Source: Candidatus Planktophila sp.
GTDB lineage: Bacteria; Actinomycetota; Actinomycetes; Nanopelagicales; Nanopelagicaceae
Length of the DNA: 64,000 nucleotides
Direction: 5' to 3'
Assembly (NCBI GenBank): GCA_040402355.1
Contig: JBBAMT010000002.1
Coordinates: forward strand, 11,975-75,974
The position numbers and the translations under genes are program-made. The notes below the pieces were generated by a model. It worked only from the letters and a program-made list of their open reading frames with translations. It was not told where the DNA came from and did no database searches. Positions 41,747 to 52,086 of this stretch are shown piece by piece; within the stretch, counting starts at the first letter, position 1; each line of letters begins with the position of its first letter.

Positions 41747-42901
41747 TTAAGCAACTGCGTCGTAGATGATTACGCCGTTCTTTACTAGGTATCCACCAAC
41801 TGGTGCTCCACCGATGATGTCGCCATAACGGTTGAACTTGATGACGTCTCCGCCAACACCCTTGAATGAACCTGAGTTAACGCAGAGCTGGATAGCTGGG
41901 CGTGTCAACTTACCTTGGCTGATGCAGTCAAGGAAGATGTTGGTTGCGTTGAATGCTGTTGTTGAGTAGAGACCTGGAACCTTAACTCCTGTGATCTTTG
42001 TGAACTCAGCAAGCTGCGCTGCTGTAAGGATCTTATCGAATGGGACGTCAGCAGCTGTGAGACGTACGCCTTCTGCTGCCTTACCTGCAAGACCTGGGAA
42101 GTCAGATGTGTTTGTTCCATCACCTGAAGCCAAGATGCCTGTGTATCCGCCATCGCGAAGTGCCTTAAAGAGCTTCGCTGCATCTGTGGTGTAACCACCG
42201 TAGATAACAACGTTTGCACCTGATGCTTTTACCTTTGAAGCAACTGAAGTGTAATCAGCAGTTCCCTTGGCAACTGAATCTGTTCCAACAACTGTTCCGA
42301 GCTTCTTAGCTGTTGCGAGTGTTCCCTTAGCAAGAGGTCCGCCGTATGTTGTCATGTCATCGATTACGTAGTACTTAGGAGCTGTAACACCCTTAGCTGC
42401 GTAACGTGCAAGTGCTGGTGCCTGGAATCCATCGTGTGCAACGACGCGGTGGAAGATTGGGAATCCACGATCTGGAGCCTTTGGATCTGTCAGTGAAACA
42501 GCAGATGCTGAAGGAGCGATCATTGTGAGTCCTGCTGCACGGTATGCAGGGAATGAGTTACGTGCTTCGCCTGAACATGATGTTCCGACAACGCCGATAA
42601 CTGCCTTGTTAGCAGCAACACCAGGAGCGATGTTTGCAGCAACTGTTCCGTCGCATTGTGAGTCAGCCTTGATGAGTTCAACCTTTACGGCTGGGTTCTT
42701 TGCATTGTAAAGAGCGATTGCGTAGATCGCGCCTGGAATCTGATCCTGGCCGAGCTGTGCATCTCCACCTGTAAGTGGACCTTGGAATGCAAGAGTTACT
42801 GTCTTCTTAGCAGCTGCATTTGCTGGAGCTGTTGCAACTACGCCAAAGGCGAGAGTTGCAGCTGCAGCAATAGCAAGACCGCTTACGATCTTCTTATTCA
42901 T
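41747..42901 (-). CDS. livK: branched-chain amino acid ABC substrate-binding protein (secreted, Sec signal peptide)
   Basis: Start chosen at ATG 42901 (MNKKIVSGLAIAAAATLAFGVVATAPANA), with an AGGAAGG SD 7 nt upstream. Type I periplasmic-binding fold with a Leu/Ile/Val-binding-like sequence. Confidence 0.9.
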   Translation of the reverse strand: MNKKIVSGLAIAAAATLAFGVVATAPANAAAKKTVTLAFQGPLTGGDAQLGQDQIPGAIYAIALYNAKNPAVKVELIKADSQCDGTVAANIAPGVAANKAVIGVVGTSCSGEARNSFPAYRAAGLTMIAPSASAVSLTDPKAPDRGFPIFHRVVAHDGFQAPALARYAAKGVTAPKYYVIDDMTTYGGPLAKGTLATAKKLGTVVGTDSVAKGTADYTSVASKVKASGANVVIYGGYTTDAAKLFKALRDGGYTGILASGDGTNTSDFPGLAGKAAEGVRLTAADVPFDKILTAAQLAEFTKITGVKVPGLYSTTAFNATNIFLDCISQGKLTRPAIQLCVNSGSFKGVGGDVIKFNRYGDIIGGAPVGGYLVKNGVIIYDAVA

Positions 42902-42907
42902 GTAGTG

Positions 42908-42947
42908 CCTTCCTGTTTTTTCATGCTTGTGTCCCGGGACAGGGAGG
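42908..42947 (-). promoter_or_regulatory. livK leader helix pairing CCUCCCUGU with the SD region ACAGGAAGG
   Basis: 8 of 9 positions are complementary, read directly. The helix encloses a 22-nt loop, and the palindrome TGTCCCGGGACA (42930-42941) spans the 3' end of the anti-SD arm and the start of that loop. Confidence 0.35.
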
Positions 42948-43070
42948 TGTGAATGGTAATGCTCAACCCACACTTGAGACAAGGCGGAATGGGGTCAAAT
43001 CCCGCGTGGGAGGTCACTTTTTGGTTACGAAATTGAGTGGCTTTTCTGTGAAGCTTCACTGCCCCGCGGA

Positions 43071-43670
43071 CTACTTATCGAGGGCAGCCTCTGGCGAGAT
43101 GACCGCTTGAGCCACTTCTTTCATGGTCAGGCGGCGGTCCATAGCAGCCCTTTGAATCCAGGAAAAAGACTCAGGTTCTGAGAGGTTGAGAGCTTTCATC
43201 AAGATGCCTTTGGCTCTATCAATGATTTTTCGTGTTTCTAGGCGTTCATGTAAATCAGCGACTTCATCTGCCAGTGATTTCATCTGGGTATGGCGGCTGA
43301 TTGCGATTTCAATGGCAGGTACGAGATCTCCGATAGTAAACGGCTTGACAACATATGCCATGACTCCGGCGTCGCGGGCGCGATCCACGAGCTCTTTCTG
43401 ACTGAAGGCGGTCAACATCAGAACAGGTGCTATCGAGATGATTTTTTCTGCAGCAGAGATGCCATCGAGGATCGGCATTTTGACATCGAGAATCGCTAAA
43501 TCCGGTTGATGTTGCGTTGCGAGGGCAATCGCCTCTTCGCCATTGGTAGCTTGAGCTACGACTGAGTACCCAGCTTCTTCAAGCATCTCAACGAGATCCA
43601 TACGGATGAGCGCTTCATCTTCGGCAACGAGAATGCGCACTGGTGACTTCTTCGTTGCTTCTTTATCCAT
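43071..43670 (-). CDS. pdtaR: ANTAR-domain response regulator (PdtaR-like)
   Basis: 199 aa with a receiver domain (RILVAEDEALIRMDL ... DVKMP) and a C-terminal ANTAR domain (LETRKIIDRAKGILM ... AAMDRRLTMKEVA). Collinear with mycobacterial PdtaR. Confidence 0.93.
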   Translation of the reverse strand: MDKEATKKSPVRILVAEDEALIRMDLVEMLEEAGYSVVAQATNGEEAIALATQHQPDLAILDVKMPILDGISAAEKIISIAPVLMLTAFSQKELVDRARDAGVMAYVVKPFTIGDLVPAIEIAISRHTQMKSLADEVADLHERLETRKIIDRAKGILMKALNLSEPESFSWIQRAAMDRRLTMKEVAQAVISPEAALDK

Positions 43671-43671
43671 G

Positions 43672-43744
43672 TGCCTCGAGTCGGATTCGAACCGACACTA
43701 TGCAGTGTTTGAGACTGCCCTCTCTACCGTTGGAGTACCGAGGC
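43672..43744 (-). tRNA. 73-nt tRNA, anticodon CAA (Leu by anticodon) but with a class-I 5-nt variable loop; CCA not encoded
   Basis: Hand fold: acceptor GCCUCGG/UCGAGGC; D stem CUC/GAG with loop CAACGGUAGA; anticodon stem GCAGU/ACUGC with loop CUCAAAC; variable loop AUAGU; T stem GUCGG/CCGAC with loop UUCGAAU; discriminator A. Confidence 0.75.
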
Positions 43745-43817
43745 TTCAACCCACATATCGTATTAGACTAGATGAAATAGGAGAAACGAGTAGCCCTGTG
43801 GACGAAGTAAGTGCAGG

Positions 43818-45257
43818 TTAGCGGTAAGCAGGAACTACGCCGTTAACGGCATCGCCCACTTTATGTACGCGCATCGCATTGGTAGATCCTGGAATTCCCG
43901 GGGGCGAACCAGCAACAATCATGACGAGCTCGCCGATTTCAGCGCGCTTGCCTTCAATCAACATCTTGTCAGCCTGCAACACCATCTCATCGGTGTGCTT
44001 GACCATAGGAGTGATGAGTGGCTCTACTCCCCATGAGAGAGCTAAGCGGTTGTAGGTGCCCTCTTCAGGAGTAATTGCCAGGATAGGAATTGGTGAGCGC
44101 AGGCGAGAAATACGTCGCGCCGAATCTCCAGATTGTGTAAATGTCACGAGGAATTTTGCTCCCACAGTGAGCCCTACTTCTGCAGCTGCCTTAGTGATTG
44201 CGCCACCTTTAGTACGTGGATTAGTCATCAGCGGACGAATACGATCAAGGCCGAGCTCTTCGGTGCGCTCGATAATGCGCGCCATTGTCTCGACAGCTTG
44301 AATTGCGAATTCTCCAACAGATGTTTCGCCAGAAAGCATGAGGGCATCTGCACCATCGAGCACAGCATTGGCACAATCTGTTGCTTCAGCACGAGTAGGT
44401 GATGAGTTTGTAATCATCGAATCGAGCATCTGGGTAGCCACGATGACCGGCTTTGCGGCATCGCGAGAAAGTTCAACGCAACGCTTTTGAACCATGGGGA
44501 CATCCTCAATAGGGAGCTCAACGCCGAGATCTCCGCGAGCGACCATGATGCCATCAAAGGCAGCAACGATTTCAACGAGATTCTCTACAGCCTGTGGCTT
44601 CTCAATCTTTGCAATGACAGGGACTCGGATGCCAACTTCATCCATGATGGCGTGGACATCTTTTACATCTGCAGCATTACGTACAAAAGAGAGGGCAATG
44701 AAATCTGCACCAGCGCGAAGTCCCCAACGCAGATCATCTTCATCTTTTTCAGACATCGCAGGGACTGAGACTGCAACGCCAGGTAAGTTGATTCCTTTAT
44801 TGTTGCTGACAGCACCCGGCTGAATGCACTTGGTGATGACGTCATTTCCTTTTACTTCAATAACTTCAACAGTTACCTTGCCATCATCAATCAGGATGCG
44901 GTCTCCCGCTTTGCAGTCTCCTGGAAGGCCCTTGTAGGTAGTTCCGACGCGCTCTTTGGTGCCAGAAATTTCATCGGTTGTGATGGTGAAGATATCTCCG
45001 CGGTATAGATCATGTGGGCCACCGGCAAAGCGCCCTAGGCGAATCTTCGGTCCCTGTAAATCAACGAGGATTGCCACAGCCTTACCGGCTTCCTTTGCGG
45101 CAGCGCGTACGAGATCTAGGCGGCGCTGATGTTCTTCGTATCCCCCGTGAGAGAGATTGAGGCGCGCCATATTCATGCCAGCGGCGATGAGCTCCTTAAC
45201 TTTTTCGGGAGATTCAACTGCAGGACCCATCGTGCAAACAATTTTGGCGCGGCGCAT
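43818..45257 (-). CDS. pyk: pyruvate kinase
   Basis: 479 aa with MRRAKIVCTMGPA, NLSHG and MVARGDLGVE. Confidence 0.97.
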   Translation of the reverse strand: MRRAKIVCTMGPAVESPEKVKELIAAGMNMARLNLSHGGYEEHQRRLDLVRAAAKEAGKAVAILVDLQGPKIRLGRFAGGPHDLYRGDIFTITTDEISGTKERVGTTYKGLPGDCKAGDRILIDDGKVTVEVIEVKGNDVITKCIQPGAVSNNKGINLPGVAVSVPAMSEKDEDDLRWGLRAGADFIALSFVRNAADVKDVHAIMDEVGIRVPVIAKIEKPQAVENLVEIVAAFDGIMVARGDLGVELPIEDVPMVQKRCVELSRDAAKPVIVATQMLDSMITNSSPTRAEATDCANAVLDGADALMLSGETSVGEFAIQAVETMARIIERTEELGLDRIRPLMTNPRTKGGAITKAAAEVGLTVGAKFLVTFTQSGDSARRISRLRSPIPILAITPEEGTYNRLALSWGVEPLITPMVKHTDEMVLQADKMLIEGKRAEIGELVMIVAGSPPGIPGSTNAMRVHKVGDAVNGVVPAYR

Positions 45258-45297
45258 GGCGATACCTTATCTCTGTTTAATGTGTACTAACGAGTTT

Positions 45298-46752
45298 TTA
45301 TACCATCAACGAACGAGTTGTTGGCTCGATAGGTGATGGAAGTTGCGTCTCCCCTGAAAGATAGCGATCGACTGCAGCTGCAGCAGAACGTCCTTCAGCG
45401 ATTGCCCAGACAATCAGTGACTGCCCGCGACCAGCATCTCCTGCGACGAAGATTCCTTCGATGCTACTTTGGAAATTCTCATCGCGACGGATATTGCCAC
45501 GATCATCATGATCAACATCAAGTTGGTCGATAAGCGCTGACTTCTCGGGACCAGTAAAGCCCATTGCAAGGAAGACGAAATCAGCAGGGAGTTCTTTCTC
45601 TGTCCCTGGAACGGGTTCAAACTTTCCGTTTTCAAACTTTGTCTCAACAATCTTGAGAGCGGTGAGATTTCCATCCTTATCCCCAATGAATTCTTGTGTG
45701 CTCACGGCAAAGAGTCTGTTATCGAGCTCTTCATGCGCACTTGATACGCGATAAATCATGGGATAGGTCGGCCAAGGCTGTGATGATGGACGCTCTTCTG
45801 TTGGGCGCGGCATGATTTCCAGTTGAGTAACACTTGCCGCTCCTTGGCGTACAGATGTACCCAAGCAATCTGCGCCAGTATCTCCGCCCCCAAGGATGAT
45901 GACGTGTTTTCCGGCAACGTTGATGGGTGGAGTTTCAATCTCACCGAGCGCCTGCTTATTTCCCCATGGCAGAAATTCCATCGCCTGATAGATGCCCTTG
46001 TAATCGCGGCCTGGGATAGGCAGTTCGCGCCACTGCGTGGAACCTATCGCCAGAACGATGGCATCGTATTTAGAGCGAAGATCTGAACCAGTAAGTTCGA
46101 CACCGACATTGACGCCAGGACGGAATCTCGTTCCTTCTTGCTCCATCTGCGCTAAACGGCGATCGACGATGTGCTTCTCCATTTTAAATTCTGGAATTCC
46201 GTAGCGAAGAAGTCCGCCAATTTTCTCTGCGCGCTCATAGACGGCAACAGTGTGACCTGCGCGTGTGAGTTGTTGAGCGGCAGCAAGACCCGCAGGACCA
46301 GAACCGATGACGGCAACGGTCTTACCGGAAAGACGATCTGGAGCAAGTGGCTTCACGTTATTGGCATCAAATGCTTCTTCAATGGTGCGAAGTTCAATCT
46401 GCTTAATGGTGACGGCATCGCGGTTAATTCCAACGACGCAGGCGGTCTCGCAAGGTGCCGGGCAGAGGCGACCAGTGAATTCAGGGAAGTTATTGGTCGC
46501 ATGCAGGCGATCGATAGCTTCATCTTTATCGCCACGGAAGATGAGGTCGTTCCACTCTGGGATTAAGTTGCCGAGTGGGCAACCGTTGTGACAGAAAGGA
46601 ATTCCACAATCCATGCAACGTCCAGCCTGCTTTTGCAGATGTTCGAATGATTGCGGTTCGTAGACTTCGCGCCAATCTTGAATGCGCACATCAACGGGGC
46701 GGCGCTTCGGGGTCTCGCGCGGAGTTGTCATAAATCCTTTTGGATCAGCCAT
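45298..46752 (-). CDS. gltD: glutamate synthase small subunit (NADPH)
   Basis: 484 aa with Fe-S cysteines [14 protein letters not shown] and the dinucleotide fold [14 protein letters not shown]. Confidence 0.96.
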   Translation of the reverse strand: MADPKGFMTTPRETPKRRPVDVRIQDWREVYEPQSFEHLQKQAGRCMDCGIPFCHNGCPLGNLIPEWNDLIFRGDKDEAIDRLHATNNFPEFTGRLCPAPCETACVVGINRDAVTIKQIELRTIEEAFDANNVKPLAPDRLSGKTVAVIGSGPAGLAAAQQLTRAGHTVAVYERAEKIGGLLRYGIPEFKMEKHIVDRRLAQMEQEGTRFRPGVNVGVELTGSDLRSKYDAIVLAIGSTQWRELPIPGRDYKGIYQAMEFLPWGNKQALGEIETPPINVAGKHVIILGGGDTGADCLGTSVRQGAASVTQLEIMPRPTEERPSSQPWPTYPMIYRVSSAHEELDNRLFAVSTQEFIGDKDGNLTALKIVETKFENGKFEPVPGTEKELPADFVFLAMGFTGPEKSALIDQLDVDHDDRGNIRRDENFQSSIEGIFVAGDAGRGQSLIVWAIAEGRSAAAAVDRYLSGETQLPSPIEPTTRSLMV

Positions 46753-49700
46753 TCGCTGCTACCTCCATAATGTATTCATCGACAGGCAAGCCTTCTCTGG
46801 TTGCTCTTTCAATCGCACCTAATACCTTGGCGTAATCGCGCGGCATAATGAGCGAGATACGTGAGATTTCAGTCTCCCAATTGGCAAGAAGTCCAGCTGC
46901 AATCTCTGAACCTGTCTCGACGTGGAAGGAAGAAATGATTGATTTGAGAATCTCTCGTTGATCTGCAGGCACGGCGAGGATATCTACCATCTCGGTATTA
47001 ACGACAGCGGTATTGAGATCGAGAATAAAGGCGCGACCACCTGACATACCTGCTGCAATATTGCGCCCTGTTGGTCCCAGGATGACGACGTTTCCACCTG
47101 TCATGTATTCGAGTGCGTGATCGCCAACGCCTTCAACAACGGCCGTAGCACCTGAGTTGCGAACGCAGAAGCGCTCACCGGCAAGGCCGCGAATAAAGAT
47201 ATCGCCTGATGTTGCGCCATAGCCAATAACGTTTCCGGCGATGACATTGAGCTCTGACTTAAAGGTTGCCTTCTCATCAGGGCGTACAACTACTCGTCCA
47301 CCAGAGATTCCCTTACCGACATAATCATTTGCATCGCCGTAGAGTCGGAGAGAAACTCCTTGCGGAATAAATGCTCCGAGTGATTGGCCAGCTGATCCGT
47401 GGAGAGTGACATCGATAGTTCCGGATGGAAGACCGGCAGAACCATAGCGACGAGTAACTTCTGCACCCAACATAGTTCCGACGGTGCGGTTGACGTTGCG
47501 AACAGGAAGATCGATGCGTACAGCTTCACCATTGTTAAGCGCTGCTTGAGAGAGCTCAATCAAAGTGTTATCAAGGGCTGCGGCAAGGCCGTGATCTTGA
47601 GTCGATGTACAGTACAGAGCAGAGTCGACATCGGGGCGAACAAGAAGTGGAGATAAATCAAGACCGCTCGCCTTCCAGTGATCGACGGCAGCTTTGGTAT
47701 CGAGATACTCGACATGGCCAATAGCTTCTTGGACTGTGCGGAAGCCGAGGGAGGCGAGAATTTCGCGAACTTCTTCTGCAATATATTCAAAGAAGGTCTC
47801 GACGAATTCTGGCTTACCCGAGAAATTCTTACGAAGTTCTGGGTTTTGAGTAGCGACACCTACAGGACAGGTGTCGAGATGGCAGACGCGCATCATGATG
47901 CAACCAGAAACCACAAGTGGAGCGGTTGCAAAACCGTACTCTTCTGCGCCGAGCAGAGCTGCGATAACTACATCGCGCCCAGTCTTGAGCTGACCATCTG
48001 CCTGTACAACGATGCGATCGCGTAACTTGTTGAGCAGAAGAGTCTGTTGCGTTTCGGCTAGGCCGAGCTCCCATGGAGCGCCAGCGTGCTTGAGCGATGT
48101 CAGAGGTGATGCGCCTGTTCCGCCATCGTGACCGGAAATCAGAACAACATCGGCATGCGCCTTCGAAACGCCAGCAGCAACTGTTCCCACTCCAACTTCT
48201 GCAACAAGTTTGACGTGAACACGCGCATCTTTATTGGCGTTCTTGAGATCATGAATCAATTGTGCAAGATCTTCGATTGAGTAAATATCGTGGTGAGGCG
48301 GTGGTGAGATAAGACCTACGCCAGGTGTTGAGTAGCGCGCCTTTGCAATCCAGGGATAGACCTTGAAGCCAGGAAGTTGTCCGCCTTCGCCAGGCTTAGC
48401 ACCTTGGGCCACCTTGATCTGAATATCTGTGGCATTGATAAGGTAATTGCTGGTTACGCCAAAGCGACCTGAGGCAACTTGCTTAATTGCACTCTTCTTG
48501 GAATCTCCATTAGGAAGTGCAGTAAAGCGAGCTTCATCTTCGCCACCTTCGCCGGTATTAGACTTGGCGCCAAGACGATTCATCGCGATGGCAAGAGTCT
48601 CGTGTACTTCTTGTGAGACAGAGCCGTATGACATCGCACCTGTTGAGAAGCGCTTCACAATCTCTGAAATTGGTTCGACTTCATCGATAGCGATAGCAGG
48701 ACGTTCACCATCTTTAAATTGAAAGAGTCCACGCAAGGTCATCAGAGTCTTACTCTGATCGTTAACTAAGTCGGTGTAACGCTTAAAGATGTCATAACGC
48801 TTATTGCGTGTTGAATGCTGTAGAGCGAAGACGGTCTCTGGATTGAAGAGGTGTGGTTCGCCATCGCGACGCCATTGATATTCCCCGCCGACTGCCAAGC
48901 GCTTGGCGCCAGGAATTTCTCCGCCTACTGGGTAGGCAAAGTGGTGGCGCTTAATTGTCTCTTCAGCGATGACATCAAGGCTTACTCCACCGAGTCGTGA
49001 TGTTGTTCCAACAAAGAACTCATCGACAACATCTTGGGCTATGCCGATTGCTTCAAATACCTGAGCGCCTGTGTAGGAAGCAATGGTTGAGATGCCCATC
49101 TTTGACATCACCTTAAGAACGCCCTTACCGAGCGCTTTGATGACATTGCGAACTGCCTTTTCAGGTGCAATTCCGGTGATGATGCCTTGATTGACGAGAT
49201 CCTCGGCAGTTTCCATAACGAGATATGGATTAACTGCGGCTGCGCCATAACCAATCAGCAGTGCAACATGGTGCACTTCACGAACGTCACCGGCTTCAAC
49301 AACAAGTCCAACCTTGGTGCGAGTCTTCTCACGAATCAAATGGTGGTGCACTGCAGCGGTGAGAAGCAGTGAAGGAATTGGGCAATCTTCAGCATCGCCA
49401 TCGCGATCAGAGAGAACAATAATTCGCGCACCTTGTGCGATGGCGTCAGATACTTCGCGCTTGATCTCTTCAATGCGAGTGTGCAGAGTGTTGCCATCAC
49501 CTGTGACAGGAAATAGTCCGCGTACTACATAGGCTGCAAGCTCTGGATAATCATGATCGGCATTGACGTGAATAATCTTGGCAAGCTCATCGTTATCTAT
49601 AACTGGAAATGCCAATGAGATTTGCTTGCAGGATTCAGGCCCAGGATCGAGCAAGTTGTGCTCAGGTCCAAGAGAACCTCCGAGGCTGGTGACCAACTCT

Positions 49701-51262
49701 TCGCGGATTGCATCAAGTGGTGGATTCGTTACTTGGGCAAAGAGCTGTGCGAAGTAATCAAAGAGCAGTCGTGGCTTCGCTGAGAGTGCAGCGATGGGGG
49801 TATCGGTTCCCATAGAACCAAGGGCTTCTCCCCCGCCTTTCGCCATCGGGGTAATGATGATTTTGATTTCTTCTTCTGTGTAGCCGAATGCTTTCTGGCG
49901 ACGGATAACAGACTTATGTGGGTAGACAATATGTTCGCGTGATGGAAGATCAGAGAGTTTGATCATGCCATCTTTAAGCCAGGTGCCATATGGCGCAGCA
50001 TCAGCGAGTGAATCCTTAATCTCATCATCTTCAATGATGCGACCAGCTTCGATATCGACAAGGAACATCTTTCCGGGCTGCAAGCGGCCCTTGCGGACAA
50101 TCTTCTCCGCAGGGAAATCAAGAACGCCTACCTCTGATGCAAGAACGACAAGGCCATCATCTGTTACCCAAAAACGTGATGGGCGAAGGCCGTTGCGGTC
50201 TAGGACTGCGCCGACCTGATGTCCATCGGTAAAGGTGACACAGGCAGGACCGTCCCATGGCTCCATCAAAGACGCATGGAAGGCATAGAAATCGCGACGC
50301 TTCTGAGACATCGTTGCATGGTTCTCCCATGCCTCGGGAATCATCATCAAGATTGAATGTGGAAGTGAGCGACCACCGAGGTAGAGAAGTTCGAGTACCT
50401 CATCGAAAGAAGCTGAGTCAGAGCCTGACATTTCTACGATAGGTGAGAGGCGTTTGAGATCTCCGCCGATGAGATCACTTGCAAGAAGTGACTCACGAGC
50501 ACGCATCCAGTTGCGGTTTCCCTTAACGGTATTGATTTCACCGTTGTGCGCGATAAAGCGATAAGGGTGGGCAAGTGGCCATGATGGGAAAGTGTTTGTT
50601 GAAAAGCGTGAGTGAACGAGAGCAAGTGGAGAGACAACTCGTTCGTCGCTCAGATCTGGGAAGAATTCTTCAAGCTGGCCAGTGGTGAGCATTCCCTTAT
50701 ACACAATTGTCTGTGATGACAGCGATGGGAAGTAAAGGTCAAGGGCATGCTCTGCGCGCTTACGGAGGGCAAAGGCCAATCGATCTAAGGCGATACCAGA
50801 TTCGTTATTCACGCCTGCAACAAAGAGTTGTTTAAATTGCGGCATTACTGAAAGTGCGGTCTTGCCAAGGGATGCCGGATTGATAGGAAGATCGCGCCAT
50901 CCAAGAACTGTGAGTCCTTCTTCTTCTGCAATTTTGGCAATCTCTGATGTGACATCGACACCTTGAGCGATAAATGCGATTCCGGTTGCATAGGAACCTT
51001 CAGCTGGAAGTGGAAACCCTGCCTCGGCTTGATAGAAAGCGTTGGGAACACGAATAAGAATTCCGGCACCATCGCCTGAATCAGGTTCAGCTCCTGATGC
51101 ACCGCGATGTTCTAAGTTGCGAAGAGCTGTGAGCGCCTTGTCGACGATGTCATGAGTTGCAATTTTATTGAGGGTGGCAACCATCGCGACGCCGCATGCG
51201 TCATGTTCTTGAGCAGGATCGTAGAGTCCCTGCGCCGCGGGGTAGTTCGATGAGAGTGCCAT
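46745..51262 (-). CDS. gltB: glutamate synthase large subunit
   Basis: 1505 aa with the Ntn amidotransferase start region HDACGVAMV, plus FMN and GXGXG domains. 8-nt overlap with gltD. Confidence 0.98.
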   Translation of the reverse strand: MALSSNYPAAQGLYDPAQEHDACGVAMVATLNKIATHDIVDKALTALRNLEHRGASGAEPDSGDGAGILIRVPNAFYQAEAGFPLPAEGSYATGIAFIAQGVDVTSEIAKIAEEEGLTVLGWRDLPINPASLGKTALSVMPQFKQLFVAGVNNESGIALDRLAFALRKRAEHALDLYFPSLSSQTIVYKGMLTTGQLEEFFPDLSDERVVSPLALVHSRFSTNTFPSWPLAHPYRFIAHNGEINTVKGNRNWMRARESLLASDLIGGDLKRLSPIVEMSGSDSASFDEVLELLYLGGRSLPHSILMMIPEAWENHATMSQKRRDFYAFHASLMEPWDGPACVTFTDGHQVGAVLDRNGLRPSRFWVTDDGLVVLASEVGVLDFPAEKIVRKGRLQPGKMFLVDIEAGRIIEDDEIKDSLADAAPYGTWLKDGMIKLSDLPSREHIVYPHKSVIRRQKAFGYTEEEIKIIITPMAKGGGEALGSMGTDTPIAALSAKPRLLFDYFAQLFAQVTNPPLDAIREELVTSLGGSLGPEHNLLDPGPESCKQISLAFPVIDNDELAKIIHVNADHDYPELAAYVVRGLFPVTGDGNTLHTRIEEIKREVSDAIAQGARIIVLSDRDGDAEDCPIPSLLLTAAVHHHLIREKTRTKVGLVVEAGDVREVHHVALLIGYGAAAVNPYLVMETAEDLVNQGIITGIAPEKAVRNVIKALGKGVLKVMSKMGISTIASYTGAQVFEAIGIAQDVVDEFFVGTTSRLGGVSLDVIAEETIKRHHFAYPVGGEIPGAKRLAVGGEYQWRRDGEPHLFNPETVFALQHSTRNKRYDIFKRYTDLVNDQSKTLMTLRGLFQFKDGERPAIAIDEVEPISEIVKRFSTGAMSYGSVSQEVHETLAIAMNRLGAKSNTGEGGEDEARFTALPNGDSKKSAIKQVASGRFGVTSNYLINATDIQIKVAQGAKPGEGGQLPGFKVYPWIAKARYSTPGVGLISPPPHHDIYSIEDLAQLIHDLKNANKDARVHVKLVAEVGVGTVAAGVSKAHADVVLISGHDGGTGASPLTSLKHAGAPWELGLAETQQTLLLNKLRDRIVVQADGQLKTGRDVVIAALLGAEEYGFATAPLVVSGCIMMRVCHLDTCPVGVATQNPELRKNFSGKPEFVETFFEYIAEEVREILASLGFRTVQEAIGHVEYLDTKAAVDHWKASGLDLSPLLVRPDVDSALYCTSTQDHGLAAALDNTLIELSQAALNNGEAVRIDLPVRNVNRTVGTMLGAEVTRRYGSAGLPSGTIDVTLHGSAGQSLGAFIPQGVSLRLYGDANDYVGKGISGGRVVVRPDEKATFKSELNVIAGNVIGYGATSGDIFIRGLAGERFCVRNSGATAVVEGVGDHALEYMTGGNVVILGPTGRNIAAGMSGGRAFILDLNTAVVNTEMVDILAVPADQREILKSIISSFHVETGSEIAAGLLANWETEISRISLIMPRDYAKVLGAIERATREGLPVDEYIMEVAANG

Positions 51263-51363
51263 AACCCGTTGTCCTTTTTCTTAATATTTTTCTATTAATG
51301 AAGGGGACAACTCTGGCCCGGTAAAGCGGTGAATCAGTAGCGAAAGGTTAGCAAGGGGGTGCT

Positions 51364-52077
51364 TTAGACGCCACTTATATGGAGAGCCTGACCAATTCCC
51401 GCGGTGATTGCCATACCGAGGCAGCCTCCTGCGATGACGCGCAGGGTAGGAATCAAAAGCCTGGAACCGGCAATCTTGGCGCTGGCGACTCCCGTGATAA
51501 CTAGCCCAACAACGGTGAAGATAATGATGCTCCAAGCCGCCTTTCCGGGAGTTGGAGCAAAGGCGCCGAGGAAGGGAATGGAACCTCCGACGGTAAATGA
51601 AATAGCGGAAGCTATGGCAGCCTGCACAGGTCGGGCCTTGTTGTGAGGATGCTGTCCCAATTCATCGCGCAGGTGTGCTTCAAGGGCATCTTTGTCGTGC
51701 ATAACAGTTGCAACCTCAGTTGCTAATTCACGAGTGAGGCCGCGATTGATATAAATTTCAATCAACTCTTCAAATTCACCATCTGGATCTACCGCTAAAT
51801 GTTCAATCTCAAGGAGGCGATCAGCTTCTTCCACATCGTTCTGGGAACGAACTGAGACATATTCACCGACTGCCATTGACATCGCACCGGCTGCGATTCC
51901 AGCAGCTCCGGCAGTTACCAAGAATGCTTGCTCGCCACTCTTTGCAGCAGCAACACCAATCATCAAACTTGCCACCGAGACAAGGCCATCGTTGGAGCCG
52001 AGTACCGCAGCTCGCAACCATCCCGCCCGGTTAGCGCGATGTTGCTGATTGCGGCGATATACATCTTCAAGAGCCAT
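51364..52077 (-). CDS. VIT1/CCC1-family Fe/Mn transporter
   Basis: 237 aa with AAVLGSNDGLVSVASLMIGVA, a central acidic helix region and C-terminal TM helices. Confidence 0.85.
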   Translation of the reverse strand: MALEDVYRRNQQHRANRAGWLRAAVLGSNDGLVSVASLMIGVAAAKSGEQAFLVTAGAAGIAAGAMSMAVGEYVSVRSQNDVEEADRLLEIEHLAVDPDGEFEELIEIYINRGLTRELATEVATVMHDKDALEAHLRDELGQHPHNKARPVQAAIASAISFTVGGSIPFLGAFAPTPGKAAWSIIIFTVVGLVITGVASAKIAGSRLLIPTLRVIAGGCLGMAITAGIGQALHISGV

Positions 52078-52086
52078 TTTCCAAGC

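Noticed and set aside
42983-43012. T-arm-like sequence GGGGTCAAATCCC as a possible second tRNA or tRNA fragment
   Set aside because: It lacks the TTC of a T loop. No acceptor, D or anticodon arms can be built around it. It is more simply a small hairpin in the livK leader.
43048-43059. Palindrome GTGAAGCTTCAC just after the pdtaR stop, considered as an intrinsic terminator
   Set aside because: Once a minimal loop is allowed, only about 3-4 bp can pair, and the palindrome is followed by AAAAG rather than a U tract. It may be nothing more than a HindIII-containing palindrome.
42902-43070. Canonical ANTAR target (two tandem stems with hexaloops carrying conserved A and G) in the livK leader
   Set aside because: The candidate hexaloops are AAGCUU and AUUUGA. 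Neither puts A and G at the positions I recall for the motif, and their stems are only 3 bp. The leader is reported as structured, but not as an ANTAR site.
43745-43817. Defined promoter for the tRNA (TAATAC or TACGAT as -10, TTTCTC as -35)
   Set aside because: Several overlapping hexamers fit loosely, and the spacer lengths are non-optimal. It is mentioned only as a hypothesis in the tRNA-pdtaR finding, not called as a feature.
51263-51363. Possible GlnR or AmtR nitrogen-regulator box upstream of gltB
   Set aside because: The region is AT-rich (ttcattaatagaaaaatattaag). I could not identify a repeat matching any nitrogen-regulator consensus that I can state with confidence.
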